Under the pieces are notes generated by a model. The model saw only the letters and a program-made list of their open reading frames with translations, did no database searches and was not told the DNA's origin. DNA of 61,791 bases, filler included, from Bipalium vagum (lineage: Eukaryota): assembly GCA_037834085.1 (NCBI GenBank). It is 3 parts of 3 records of this genome, joined end to end, with 100 filler letters (N's around TTAATTAATTAA, not from the genome) between each part and the next. Parts side by side here need not be neighbours in the genome. Positions count along the whole stretch, not along the records: positions 22,906 to 42,901 come from JBBMKC010262809.1; 2 more parts are not named here. One strand, written 5' to 3'. Below, piece by piece: positions 24,377 to 37,800 of this stretch; the first letter of the stretch is position 1; each line of letters opens with the position of its first letter. The translations under genes were made by a program, and so were the position numbers.

Positions 24377-26190
24377 TGGCTCTTCGGACAAGAAGACGAC
24401 CATCTTCATCCATTTGATTCTTCTCTGCTTGATGTCATCTGGACCTTTTAATTTCACTTGATGACGAGACAAGTAACGCAAAATTCCGTAGGGCTCTTCA
24501 TATTGAAAATCACTCTTCTTCCTCTTATGTGGTTCTACCCTGACCAACACTGAATCTCCAATCGAGAAAATTCGTTGCCCGCGCTTGCTCCTTTCGAATT
24601 GACTCATTTTTTCTACAGCTGTATCCAAATTTACTTTCGCTTCCTTTGTAATATCCGTCTCTACCCCGATAACCTCATCCAATACCGAATGGATATTCAC
24701 TTTGTGATCGTAGACGAATTCAAGCGGTGAGAATTTTGCTGAGCTTTGCTGGGTAGCATTAATGCTAAACTCGATCCTCGGTAGCCGTTCGTGCCACTTC
24801 TGTTCTTAACAATCACTCTTTATTGAAATAGTTATCATGTCTCGAATTGTTCTTATTATTCTCTCCACAAGAGCATTGGATTGGTGCTGATAGGGAGCAT
24901 TGAATTCCTCCTTGATATTCGTACCTTTCCATTTCTGCTGCAGCCAAGCGCTCTCCTCTATCTGTCCGGCCTTCCAAATTTATAAACCCAGTTGTTCATT
25001 AATTTTTTTTAAGATTGTTATATCATCTATTTTCCTCAACTCCCTCAAGCTCACCAGCTTACTAAAACGATCCATAAGGACAAGGATATATTTGTAACTA
25101 GCTTTCGACCTTTCCATAAAAGCAATGTTTCCCACAATCTGTTCCAGGAAATGCTCACTAAATCTCGGGATCAAAAACCTCTTTGGTGCGAGTTTGATCT
25201 ATTTTCTTCTTTAACAGATCAGGCATTTTTAATGGAGCTCCACAATGCTGGCCAAAAATAATGGTCTTCCAGATAATGATATTTTTTACTGCCTTAGTGA
25301 CAGAGTTCTCTGTGGATTGCATGTAAAAATTCCGTTACATAACTCTCAGGAATTACTACTTTCTTCCGAATATTCTGACATACAACTAATAGGTTATGAA
25401 CGACAACATCCAAATCATCTTTCAACCGAAAAAGACCATTTTCCTTCAAGGTGTGCAACGGGTCACGTCTGTAATATATTTTCTACTTTTCACAACCGTT
25501 TGGTCATTATTCTGTCTGTGCTGAATTTCCTCGAATCTAGTACTCGTCTCACTGAACACATTAATATAACGGGTTCTCAATTTCTCGGTCTTTGCCAACT
25601 AATGGTGGGTTTTGCATTGCGCACACAAAACTTCAGAAATTCTTGAAAAACCGTTCGTATTACTGTGTCTTCGTCTTTCCTATAGCTGACTTCAAAAGTA
25701 AATTCTGCTAAATTCGCCAGCCAGATCTGGAATTGGGGACTGATAGTTTTTTGTGTCATTCATAAATGCTAAGGCCTTGTGGTCCGTTCGGACTACAAAT
25801 CGCTTACCAAAAAGATATTGTTTAAAATGGAAAACGAATTCATACACGACCAGCAAATCCTTCTGAGTCACACAGTAACCCACTTCATGTGCTGACAAAT
25901 GCCTTGAGTCGTAGGCAATTACTGCTTCCGATCCATCTTCCCGCCATTGACTCAACACAGCTCCGATAGCATTGAAGCTAGCATCTCTATCTAGCACGAA
26001 AGTTCTGTCTTGTCCAGGATAATCGAGTATGGGGAATTGCATAGTCTACTTTTTAGCTCTTCAAAGCTTTTCTGGCATTCATTTGACCACTGTAACTCCT
26101 TATCACATCCCGATGTCGCATCATATAATGGTGCTGTTATCTTTGCATATTTATCAATAAAACGGTGATAATAGTTCGTTAGGCCTAAAA
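24353..26190 (-). mobile_element. Ty3/gypsy pol remnant (RT end, RNase H, integrase)
   Basis: LGLTNYYHRFIDKYAKITAPL; FVLDRDASFNAIGAVLSQ; FVVRTDHKAL; YKYILVLMDRFSK; APYQHQSNALVER; C-terminal FSIGDSVLV...YEEPY. Confidence 0.95.
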
Positions 26191-26969
26191 ATAACCAACT
26201 TTACCAAACAAACTTTACTAAACAAAATCATAAACGATTAGTTTAGAGCATTCTACTACAAAAATTCTACATAATTAAATTTATCAAATTTTATGTTAGA
26301 TTTTTCATGTGACATGCAAATATATTTTCTGTTAAAACTTTTAAAATCTTTCAAATGATAAATTAGAAGCACATAACTCAAATTTTGTATTAATTGAAAC
26401 TATTTTAACGTTTTTTGTATTTCTCACATTTTCTAATGTTTTCCATAAAATGCACTATTTAATAATTTGAAAAAGAAATCGCCAAAAAATATCTCCATCT
26501 ATTTTATCTTATTTTCTTTTTTCTATATTTTTTACTTCAACAAATGGTTTTAATCAATAAGATGTTTTCAATATTAATTTCTTATGCACCACTTTTAATA
26601 TCATCCCTTAATCTAAATAAAAATCTAATAAACTACCTTCAAATATATAATTATTCTTATCAAATTGTGTAACCTTTAATTTCTCATCTGACGTAGTCCT
26701 ACCACTATGCGGATCAATTATTTACATTTAATAAAATTTGATAATTTTATTGATTTGTTAATATATTTAAAATGATACTTAATTATATCCATTAATTCAT
26801 CTTGAAAAATAAACATATTTTTATTATTGTTATCTTGAACCTTTTTAAATAATTCCATTTTAATGAATTAAAAATTTTTAGATTTATAATTTTATTTTTC
26901 ATATTTATCTCCAAATTTATATAAATAATAAATTTTATATAAATAATAATTTATTGGCCTTTATTTATT

Positions 26970-27960
26970 TACAACGGTCCATAAAAAGTTAAGACCTTAT
27001 AATTTTTCAACAATTTAGTGTTTAACTGCTATAAAACAAACAATTTTAAAGATAATCAGAAACAATTTTTTGCATGAGTCGAAATATTTGTTTACCGATG
27101 AAATAAATCAAAAATATTTTCAGTGTTTAATTGCTTCCTTTAAACTAGTAGGCATTCTCAAAATTGTGGAATTGCTTCGCATTCTGACCTGACCGGTTTC
27201 CATACATCTTTTTTGTTGCTAATACCTTTTCACTGAATTCTTCTATCAATATAGTCCGATATATATTCAACCAGATTTAAATCGGGAGATTGTAGTGGAC
27301 AATAAGTGATAACAGGTATCAATTTTTGTTCCATCCTTATTTTCATCGAATTCGCTTTATGACATGACTCATTATCTTGTTGAAATAGATATTTATCGTC
27401 TAGGTGCAGTCTAGAAATAGATTGAAGCAAACCATTCTTCAAAATCTCTTGGTAACATGCGGCATTATCTTTTTGTCTGTAACATTTACCAACACTCCCA
27501 CACCTTTGTGGCTGAAGGAGCCCCAACCCATAACCCTATCATTATATTTCTATGTTTTTACAAGACATTCCGGTAGGAAGGCTTCATTTGATCTTCTGAT
27601 TCATATTTCCGGTCGATCTAAGATAAACAAAATCTAGATTTGTCAGACCAAATCACGGATCTCCAATACTCAAATGTTTCATTGTCATATTTCTTAACCC
27701 ATGCTAATCTTTTATGAATATTAGCAGGACATAACATCGGTTAGAAGCGGCATCGATGGAAACTAAGCCCGAAAGTAAGCAATTGATGAGAAATTTTCGT
27801 TTTTCTTATGTTGGTAAATATTGCTAATCTTTTCAAACTCTTAGGATAAGAAACGTCTTGATATTTTTTGAATTTTCAAAGTCAATCTTTTTTAACATGT
27901 GCCATCTTTTGGCGTCATTTTCAATGGTCTACCACTACTATTTTTCAAAATCATCCTACT
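26970..27960 (-). mobile_element. Tc1-family transposon remnant
   Basis: YWRSVIWSDKSRF, FQQDNESCH and CPLQSPDLNLVEYI motifs; terminal TA|CAACGGTCCATAAAAAGTTAAGAC. Confidence 0.85.
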
Positions 27961-29137
27961 TATCTGTCAATAGGAAAACCCTGAGTCGCGAAATGCCCAT
28001 ACCTCAGAACGGTATTCATTTGAAAATTGATAGCCACGTGTGGAATTCATTACTGTGAATCTCTTAGCCATAACATAAAGATACTTTATGGTGGATTTCA
28101 AAAATATCTTACTTCAGTATTATAAAAAGATCAAATTTTCGAATTTGCAATTTTCAAACCAAATAATTTTAAATTTGAACGAATTTCATTGAATAACATT
28201 GTTAGACTTATTTCAATCATATTTCATCTAAAACCTTAAGTGACCTTTGATAAATACTACCTAAAGTAATATGATTATTCCTGCGGACAACAAAATAAGT
28301 AACGCACATCTTTACTTAAGAGTTGTATCCCAACAATATTCTAGATAAAATGGTTTGGTGTGACCTCCACTATCCATTTTTACTATACTTGCAAGGGACT
28401 CAATTAAAACATCACCAATCATAAATTTTTATTGAAAAAGCCTTTTCATCTGTAAAGGAAACTGAAACTGACATTTAATTTAAAGAACTTACTGGAAAAA
28501 TATTGGAAAATAAATGAGCCACTTCAAGGGTAAATAGTGAAGGTATCATACTCAGGTAGTGAGTCTGGTGATAAGATACCCGATATTATTTTAAGACTTT
28601 TTGCAATCTTGGTCAATTCACGAAGCATAACCTGTGTGAAATCATAAAGCTCATTGATGACTTTAACTGTAAGTTTATAATTGATCTACAACAAGGACAT
28701 GGGATAAAAAAATTAATAATACATTAACATAATAAAGTATAACACGGATTTTTGATGTGCCAACTTTTAACAATGGACCGCCTTCTATTGTTTTGGACGA
28801 CTTTTGCAATATGGTTGTCCAAGTAGACGTTCAATTGTATATTGATTTATTGAATAAGTTTTTGTTCAAATAACGGCAGATTTTGGTGCGTGTTTCGAAA
28901 AAATAAATATTATAAATAAAATGTCTCGTTTTTCGATATCGAGACTGATAACAAGGATTTATCATATGCAACAAGTCACGTCTATTTGATAAATAAGCAC
29001 AAATAATAACAATTGATAAATATAAGCACAGAAAAACTATTGAGAAAAATCCACATGAACTAGGGAAACATAAAAGAGCACAGCGACGTTCATAAATAAA
29101 TTTTCAAAGTACGATCAGCCTCAGAAATATTCGTTAT

Positions 29138-29886
29138 CTAGAGAGCAAAATATCTTGACCAATTTCCTTTCTTGTCTTCGGCCGCAAGGGAGCTATCGAC
29201 ATAATTTGACAAAACGCATTCTTTCTGGTTCATTTTCACGTTCGAAAGGTAGAATGATTTGCAATGTGGAGAACAGAGACAGCTAAAATTAATTAAGTAA
29301 CCAATCAGAATTTTTAATAAGTTACCGACTTTTTTGCACATTCCACTTTTGATCTTACACTCATTTTTGTGTAACATCCTTTGTCCTTTTTATTGAAAAT
29401 AACGCTTTTGTCATTGATGAACTGTTTCGAGTTTTGTGTTATTGACGTATCCTGAACACAAATCACTGAAAATTTATCTTTACATTGTTTGTCATCTAGT
29501 TCCGAGTTTAAAACAGATGCACAATCCTGATCTTTACCACCATTCTCATTCGGTTGACCTATCTTCCACAAATCAATATCTTTAAACTCTGAACCATCTC
29601 CTTGTTTCCAGCCAGTTCCATTCATGGACCTCTCATTTAAAAGATCATTGATACTTGTCACATAAATTTTTTCATTTTTAAGAATACGCCTCAAAGTTCT
29701 AATTTCATGTCCTAAAAGCAGTCTTCCGTTCTTGCCAACACAAGTCTTCCAGGCATCGCAAAACGGCATTTCATTCCCTGGCTCATAGATACAAATGTTT
29801 TGCTTCAATGCATAAGGATTTCGGCATGTACTGTGAACTTTCTGAAACCAGTTCAGCAACGCAATAAAAACTGTTATAAATTTCAT
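29138..29886 (-). CDS. Secreted C-type lectin + PAN/Apple domain protein, paralog 1 (exons 29886-29330 and 29282-29138; 233 aa)
   Basis: Signal peptide MKFITVFIALLNWFQKVHS; CTLD (C..C..GRLL, WKIGQPN, DC, DKQC, VIC); PAN-like S.VECAKNCLCSPHCKSFY..ECVL. A 47-nt GT-AG phase-2 intron (29329-29283) joins two ORFs in frame. Confidence 0.88.
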
Positions 29887-29924
29887 TGTACCAAATAATA
29901 AAAAAATACCCAAGCAGCGTGACC

Positions 29925-29970
29925 TTTATACTTATCCCAATCTATTTCGGGCCAATGAAAAACATCCAAT
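29925..29970 (-). promoter_or_regulatory. TATA + double CCAAT box promoter of lectin paralog 1
   Basis: TATAAA (minus) at 29925-29930; CCAAT at 29952 and 29966. The same layout occurs upstream of paralog 2. Confidence 0.55.
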
Positions 29971-30499
29971 GAAAATTATCAATTAAAACAACATTTTAGA
30001 AAATATCTTAAAAATTATCTCACCATTCATTTCTTACTTAAACATACAGTTTAGTCCGAATATTACGAAACGCAAATTGCCACAAAAATTCATAATAAGG
30101 GATTTCCTACTCATCATAAAAATCAATATTTAATGACAACATGAATTTTCAATTTGTCATTTCATTCATTTTCAAAATATCGATCCACGGCCTTCGAATT
30201 ACGGGAAGACAAAACAAACTTTTATAAAAGGATATAATAAAATCTTTAAATTTTTTCCCTTTCTTAACACGAGTAGAAAAAATAAAATTAAAAAAAAGAA
30301 TAAAAAAATTCGAAAATTTTAACAATTTTATTTTTTAAAAATATTTAAATGCATAGTAAAAGTCAGATATATAATAATAATAATAAAAATATTATTATTA
30401 TTTATATAATAATTATTATTATATTACTATTATTGTTTTTATTATTATTATTATTATTATTATAATTATTATTACTTTTACAATTAATTATTTAGTTTT

Positions 30500-31180
30500 A
30501 ATTAACTAGAGTCATTCCCCACTTTGGTGCACTTAAACAAAAAATTATTTTCCATAATATTTTTTCACTGAGCTTTCGTTTCATTTGAAAGACGTGTTTT
30601 ATTGAAGAAATCCGAATAAGATTGTTTCCGGTTGGAAAACAAAGCCTTGCAAGTCTCTGCAGAATATGAAGAAATAATACCAAGCCCATCGGCGTCTCTC
30701 AGTACCATCGGCGTCCTAAAACATATTTTAGAAATCTTCTTGTCAGCTTTTCTTGAAAATGCGGAATCTGTCCAAACCAAGTGATAAAAGAGATTTGTCT
30801 TCCATTTTTAATCCCATTTTCTGTGACGACTTTTCATCAGAAAGTGATATGGACGTCTCTAACCCATAAATGGAGCCATTCTCTGAAAGCTTTTCCTCAG
30901 ATATGAAGGCAAACACGCCCGTTCTTCCACTGATGACAATGATATCGCACAAGAATCAGTCTCCGATTCAGTGGGCATCAGTAACCTTTCGACGGATACC
31001 ATCTTCATTTGGAAGAATATATACATATAAACATCGACTGCTGACGTTTGCTCCACCAATATATGGAAGCTGTATCACCCTTGGAGACCCACTGTTTCAT
31101 AGTGATAATTCATATTGGACTTCACTAAGAAATACTGTGGGTTTCCCCTCAATTTGAGATTTTTTATCTTCCCAGTCTAT
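30500..31180 (-). pseudogene. Disrupted coding-like segment, possibly serpin-derived
   Basis: GC-richer block reading RVIQLPYIGG...LYVYILPNEDGI and SISL...SQKMGLK...LLSLGLDRF, reminiscent of serpin LELPY..SM.ILLP.E.G and LPKF...DL...L..LG; contains several stops. Confidence 0.3.
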
Positions 31181-32256
31181 AAATAATATTATTATGACCA
31201 CAGTAACATTAGTGACAGTAATAATACCAGAGTGTGGTAAAAGTTCGCGCGTTTTTGTACTCGGTATATAAAGTGATATTTAAAGCCGATATATTTTATT
31301 GATTTCGTTAATTAATAAATCGTTTTATGAATTAACGGAAAATCAATCAAAACAACGACTGACCAAACGTTTGGCACCGATTGAAGAAGAAAAACAACAA
31401 ATATATATATCTATTTCAAATCAATGATATGGTTGTCATTGACATGGAGAAGTTTTTTTTTAAAACTGTTTATCTCTGCTCTGGCTTCGATTTTTTTCCC
31501 AAATCTTACGAGTGTTGATGATCGTCCTGACCACACATTTTTCCATAATTGAATTAATTTCTACTATTTTAAATCCAGATGCCCCAAGTATTGGGTAGTT
31601 TGATTGGATACCCGACTCTCCGGCTACGATTATAAATGTTCTGGTACCATGCTCTTCCGAGTTCAGATTCGGCTTCGTTCAATAATGTCTGATATTTTTG
31701 CTTGTTTCTTTCTTCATTATCCTTGATAGAGACCTCTGATTCAAAGGAGACTTTGACATCTATAATTAGATACCTTTAAGCCTCTTTTTGACCAATTGTA
31801 TATAAAGAATAAGATTTGATCCTTTTGTTGGGTTAGCTAAGGACACATCCCTGTAAACCCTTGTAAAAGCATATGATAGAAACCGCAATTGGGTTTAGAT
31901 TGGTTATTAATAATAATGTACTTTTTAATTAATTATTATTATTATTTTATTTCTGACCTTTTGCGGTCTTAATAATTAATTGATAATAATTAATTAAAAA
32001 GTACATTCAAACAAAAAGAGAGCAATTAATTATTTCCAAAATGGATCTAATATTGACAATGGCGAACCTAAATTGCCCAGATTAGACCAGGGTCCTCAAG
32101 GAGGGACCTATTTAGAATTATCAAGCTAAAAACGGAATTGGCATTCCCCATTGATAAGGCTGATCTACGATTAATTGATCGTCTGATCAGAATAGTATAT
32201 AAGGAGAAGGAATCCGCAGTGGATTGCCATAAAATTCTCCGAAAGAAATTTTCATG

Positions 32257-32348
32257 ACCACGAGGTATTCGACTACGAGATATTCAGGATATTGTCAGAA
32301 GAAGGCTACGAGATACTCAACCACAAGACATTCGACTACGAAATATTC
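32257..32348 (+). repeat. Degenerate 15-bp tandem repeat (ACTACGAGATATTC[A/G]) in an LTR-like block
   Basis: Five units (read as TTRYS in the ORF track), downstream of TATATAAG at about 32196. Confidence 0.6.
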
Positions 32349-32779
32349 ATCAAAAGATTTTTCGTCATTTTTTATGCCCTCTATGCGACAGGAGCTCACG
32401 ACGGATCCTGTGCTATTAGGGTTTTCTGAGCGGATCGAATTGGGCTCAGCTAACCACCCTTTGGACCTGTCTTCACCAGTGGTGAGAATATCTTGATTTT
32501 GTTTATTTTTTTTCCTTCTTTTTAAATTAATCCTTACAGACATTTAATTGATATTGATATTTAATTATTTGATTTTAGTTTAATTGATTATTATTGACGT
32601 TGATTTTCAGTGTGATTGATTACAGATATTTTACTGATCATTTGAAACATTTTGTTACTCTTTCATAACAATAAAGTGTTGTTCATAGTTGTTTGATTCA
32701 TTCATTTGCGTGCAAGTATTGACATGAAGGGGTCCGTAACTTTGCGAGCTAAGTGTTACGACAGTTTTCATAGTGAGAT

Positions 32780-33403
32780 AATATCGTAACAATTTCGAAG
32801 AATTATCACTTGCAACGAAAAGTGGATAAATTTCCACAATGTTGACAACAAAAGCCATTGGTTATACGCAGGTTAAATTTCAAAAGCAGTGCCAAAGCGA
32901 TAAGTTTTCAGAAAAAGCTTTACTGTGTGTTTTGTGGAACTTCGACGGCATAATCCAAATATTTTCCAAACGGATCTATGCTGTGCTCAGTTCTATTCTA
33001 AAAATATCCTTCACTGATCTACCAAAAACGAATATACTTACACTAGGACAATGCAAAACCACATACGGCCAGAAAGACGACGGAAAAGTAAGAGAGCTGG
33101 ATAAAATCGAACTGTTACCGCATCCAGCTTTAAGCCTAGACCTCGCGCAATCTGACCTTTTCCTGTCAATGGTACATTTTCTGCGAGGACGTTCCTTCAA
33201 TAATCTGGAGAATGTCACAACGGGTTACCAAGAGTTTTTCGATTTCAATGACAGGGGTTGATACAGACATGTCATCGAACCACTTGTTTCAGACTATCGA
33301 ATCAAAGGACATCTATTTTGAAACTTGATTTTCATCTTGTTTTCCTTAAACATATGTTGCAGTTTTTCCTCTTAAAACGCACGAACTTTTGGTTTAGTCT
33401 AAT
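32780..33403 (+). mobile_element. Internally deleted mariner
   Basis: RRIITCNEKW, KALLCVLWNFDGII, DNAKPH and LLPHPALSLDLAQSD motifs; right TIR-like AAACGCACGAACTTTTGGTTTAGTCTAA. Confidence 0.85.
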
Positions 33404-33951
33404 GATAAAATCATTTCGATAATAATATAACTGATTACACAGTACACATGGTCGAATCATAGATGCTGTCACAGCTTTAAAATAAGACAACAGATGTTGA
33501 ACATTGTTCATTCTTGTCTTGACAGGGGCTCTTCAACTTTGAGCCCAACCACAAAGTCTGGCACTAAAAAAGACGTTTTGACAAATTAACCCAATATCTA
33601 GTGGATGAAACCATTCCTATGTAATCGTAGTCTTACTTTAAGCTGTTGCAGAATCCTTCTGAAAAAAAAACGCATATTTTTGAGCATTGTTGAACCGGGG
33701 CCTGACAAAATTATCGAGAATGTCGTTTTGGAATACTTTAGACCCACCATCCACATCTTTTTGTTAAAATGTACCTTAGCAGTCCAACGTCAGACATTGA
33801 GTAATTAAAAATTGATAATTTTGAGGGCACAAATAACAATTTAATCGATTAAACTTAAAATGGAAATTAATTAAAAATTAAATAAGACAAAGGCGAATGA
33901 AAATTTGTTATTATTGGTCAGCAAAAGAAAAATAAATCGATTTATTGATTT

Positions 33952-34833
33952 TCAAAGAGGAACCAGTCGACATCCGATCGGACCTTGGGCTGAAGGAACC
34001 ATTGTCAGGTGGACACGACGGTTGCCTCGCTTCACGCCAATGAGCACAGTTTTCTAAATCGATGATAAAGAGGTTGAGTAATGAAATTGATATCTCTTAA
34101 AATAGAAAAAAAAATATCAAATAAAAATGGTATATCGATTAATCAATAAATTTATAAAACTAAGAAATCGATAAAACGACTAATCTTTAAAAAATCGGTC
34201 GATAAATGACCAGAATTGTTTTATTATCATTATTACATTGGCCTTGGATCGAACCAGGTTCAGCACGTCCTGGAGTCCGGTGAACGTTTCCTTGGTTATG
34301 TGGTCAACTTGGAGGATTTCGTCACCAACTTTCAGTCCCTGTGAAAAATAAGGATAACATAGAATGAATGAGAAAGGAAAGAAGACTAACGCTCAAATCA
34401 GCAATTGATTTCGGATCGACTAGGTCGACTCGAGCAAATGGCGGTCTCCGGCTGAAGAACAGAGCACTGCCTCGATCCTCCTCGTCTTTATTCTCGTTTC
34501 CTGCTCTCTCAGTAGGAGGTTGAGTCGCGTGGATCTCGTGCAGACACGCCTCGATCTCCTTCATTACGGACTGGAGATCGTTTCGGAGACAGTTAAGCCT
34601 GAAGCGAGTCTCCTTCACTTTGATAATGTCCACGTTGCTTAAAGGAAAATCTTCGGGGTCTGTCAGGCTGCTTGTCAATCCCACGCCTTCCTGAAGTCGT
34701 CAATAGACAACAATGGGTTAACTGATTAAATATTTCCCTTTACTTCGTCTAAGATACCAATCAGAGACTTCATCTCTCTTTCCATCTCGTCTCGCCGGTC
34801 AATTAGCTCATGACACTTTGTGAGTAAATCCAT
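33952..34833 (-). CDS. PSMD9: 26S proteasome regulatory-particle assembly chaperone p27/Nas2 (197 aa; exons 34833-34744, 34690-34391, 34338-34237, 34053-33952)
   Basis: Nas2_N region GVGLTSSLTDPEDFPLSNVDIIKVKETRFRLNCLRNDLQSVMKEIEACLHEIHA; PDZ-like PFARVDLVDPKSIADLS-GLKVGDEI...LTMVP...GPIGCRLVPL. Three phase-0 GT-AG introns of 53, 52 and 183 nt give an open spliced frame. Confidence 0.95.
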
Positions 34834-37800
34834 GAGTTCTCTTTCTGAGCAAAATTTAAAGTTTGTGGCACAATTTCTTTGATTATTTAAACAAAGAGAA
34901 GATAAATAGTTAATTATTAAGGTTTTATATTTAAAATTTTAGAAATATTATAATTAATTAATTATTTAATTATTTATTCGATCACTCAATTTTTTTAGCC
35001 ATATATCGAATTTAAGATAAAAACCTTTAAAATTTCAATGGATAAACGAAAATGAATTTGAAAATAGTTAAATTGAATCTCTATGTTTACTAGAAATGAT
35101 TACAGGAATATAATTTCAGTAAATTCATTATGACAATCAGTAAGGCTAGGAAAATTGAAAATAAATTAAGTCGCAGCTATAGGGAAAACTAATTAATTCG
35201 TTGGATAAAACTGAGCAATTTTTTAAATTCATAATAATTAATATTAACTTTTACTTTCTTTAAGGTTACTTCAATTAATGCATTATTGTATGCGAGTCGC
35301 ATTCTAATTAATTAATTAATTATGTAGTAAAAAAATTATTAATAAATTTTTATAACACTAAGACGATGAAAGATATAAGATGGTAAATAATAATAATTAT
35401 TATTATGATTGAAGAATCTGAATTGAAATATTGAAATATCCTTGAATATCTAATAAAATATGCTGTAAATATGAATAACAATAAAATAATATATTTTTCT
35501 AATCACACTGGTGATAATGATCCTGTTATTTGAAATACATGGTCTTTATAAAATACAGAAAACGTAGTTAATTTATTTAGAAGAGAAAAGTAATTAGAAC
35601 TAAGAAAATATACTAAAAAGAAACAATTTATTTAAATCTTTAAAAAAATCAGGCTTTGAAAAATCGATATTGACAGATTTAAGGGTATTTTTCCGGTGTC
35701 TTGTGTCTTTTTATATTCTAAATTATCAATATTTTCTTCAATCACAACCCCTTAAATAGGTTCTAAGTTTCTTTTGATGATTATAAATACAACATACTTA
35801 ACTTATTGACCTTCTAAAACTTTTGAGAGGAACAAAAAACAATGGATTTTGACTCATTGAGATTCATGATAAGTTTTCTCACTGTTGGAGAGTGTTTCCT
35901 TTATCTAGTGTTTTCATACTGTCTTGACTTAAGAAACAAATTGGTCTTTCGTGAGCTCATGTCAACATTGCAAAATTGTGCCAATACATCTCCAATCCCT
36001 TCAAAAACTGGCATCATTTTCTGATATAAATGATGTTTTAATATCTGGAGCGGTAGTAATATGGTCCTAATTTTGTCTCCTAATCTCGGGAAGTTGAAAA
36101 CTGTAATAATTTCGTAAAATTTTCTAATAATCTAATTCTTGTTAAACTTTATCACCTTTCAAAATTATTAACATAAGCAGTACTTTTCGAAATGACTAAT
36201 TTTTAATAATTTATGAGCTAAAATGTAACTAAAGTAACAAAACCTTGATTTTAATAAAAACTTTTTAAGTAATGGCTGGAATGGCAAAAGTCGGTCGCAT
36301 AGGATTTTTCAAACAAACTTTTTTCAGAAGTTTAAATACGCCCCATATACATTACTTTTCTCATCTTTTTTGTCAAAAAATCATCAAAACTGAAAAGAAA
36401 ATTAAAAAAATCATGAGAAAAACTGAAAAGAAGTACTAAAAAATCACAAAAATTGGAAAAAACACATTGAAGAAAGTAACAAAACACACTAAGATATGTG
36501 GAAAGTGACAGCAGCGGAGTCAAAAAGATAGCATAATGTTGAATTGTGAGGTTTAACTTTTACTTTGGTACTTTGTTCACTATATCTCTGGTACTCTCAT
36601 ACTTCATCTTAATATCTCATACATTCAATAAAAAATTCAATTCAAATTCAAGAAAAAACATTTGTATTCCATCTTTTACATTAAATACATTTTATTGAGT
36701 ATTGTGATTTTATTATATTTTATTGATTAAAAAATTGATATTTTTACTTTATGCGATAGAATTTCATTTTATAGTTTCAGTATTGTAATCAAAAGTTAAA
36801 ATAATATATTTTTTAATAATAAAAATATTTTTTTATATTAAATAAAAAAATAAAAATAATATTTAAGTTTAATATAAAAGAAAATTAATAAAAACATTAA
36901 ACTGAGTTATTTGAGCAGCAGCGATGGATGTCTCCAGAATAGCAGTAGTAAAGGTCTAAAACTAGAGATAACGTTCAAAATTATAAAATAAAAATCTTGC
37001 TCATAATGAATCAGGCAGGTACTCAAGACCTAAATTAATAAATAATATGACCCATAAAATAAAGAAAAATAAAATAATCAAAATATAAGATCAAATAAAA
37101 AATAAATTAATAATTAAAAAAAGAATAAGATTAAAAAACATAACATAAACTACGTCGTAAAAAATAAAGTAATATATTCTTATAAAAATGAAGTCTATTA
37201 TAAAAATATGAATTGCGCAAATATGAATAAATAAGTTTAGAAAGTAGTATAAATAGGTAACTGAAAAAAACTGAGACTTAGTCTAATTTAACTGACAAGT
37301 TTGAAAAAAATTTATTAGTTTATTAAAACTAAAGGAAAAATTGAGTTTATCATAACTCTTATGAAAATTGTAAACGAGTTATTATATTCACAGGTCTTAA
37401 TTAACTTCATTGCGCAGAACGTGAATATAATTTCCAGTTTCTGTTTTCATTTATTAACTTTCTTTTTTGAAATTTCATTTTTATTCTATTAAATCACTTC
37501 AAATTTGTGATTGGTACATTGCCTTCACAAAATACATATCTAAGAAGTCAAATCACGTAACAATCTTATACGAAACCCAACAAAATTTAGTTAAAAACTT
37601 GGAAAACACAAAAAAAAAACTGAAAGTATGAATAAAAAGTACTAAAATAGTAGTAGTACTAAATAGTAAAAGTACTAAAATAGTACCAAGAGAATAAGCT
37701 TAATTATTTTGTGAGTTTTACATTTATACCCACACTCACTACTTCGTGCTTACAATCACAATTAAGCTCACCCACACGAATACTGATATACTACACAAAG

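Noticed and set aside
25245-25646. 133-aa plus-strand ORF
   Set aside because: Antisense to the gypsy pol remnant.
29887-29913. Extended N-terminus of lectin paralog 1 given by the ORF track
   Set aside because: It uses a non-ATG start; ATG 29886 aligns exactly with the paralog's ATG and signal peptide.
34322-34684. 120-aa single-exon ORF with a hydrophobic tail
   Set aside because: This is PSMD9 exon 2 read through into intron 2; the tail is intronic.
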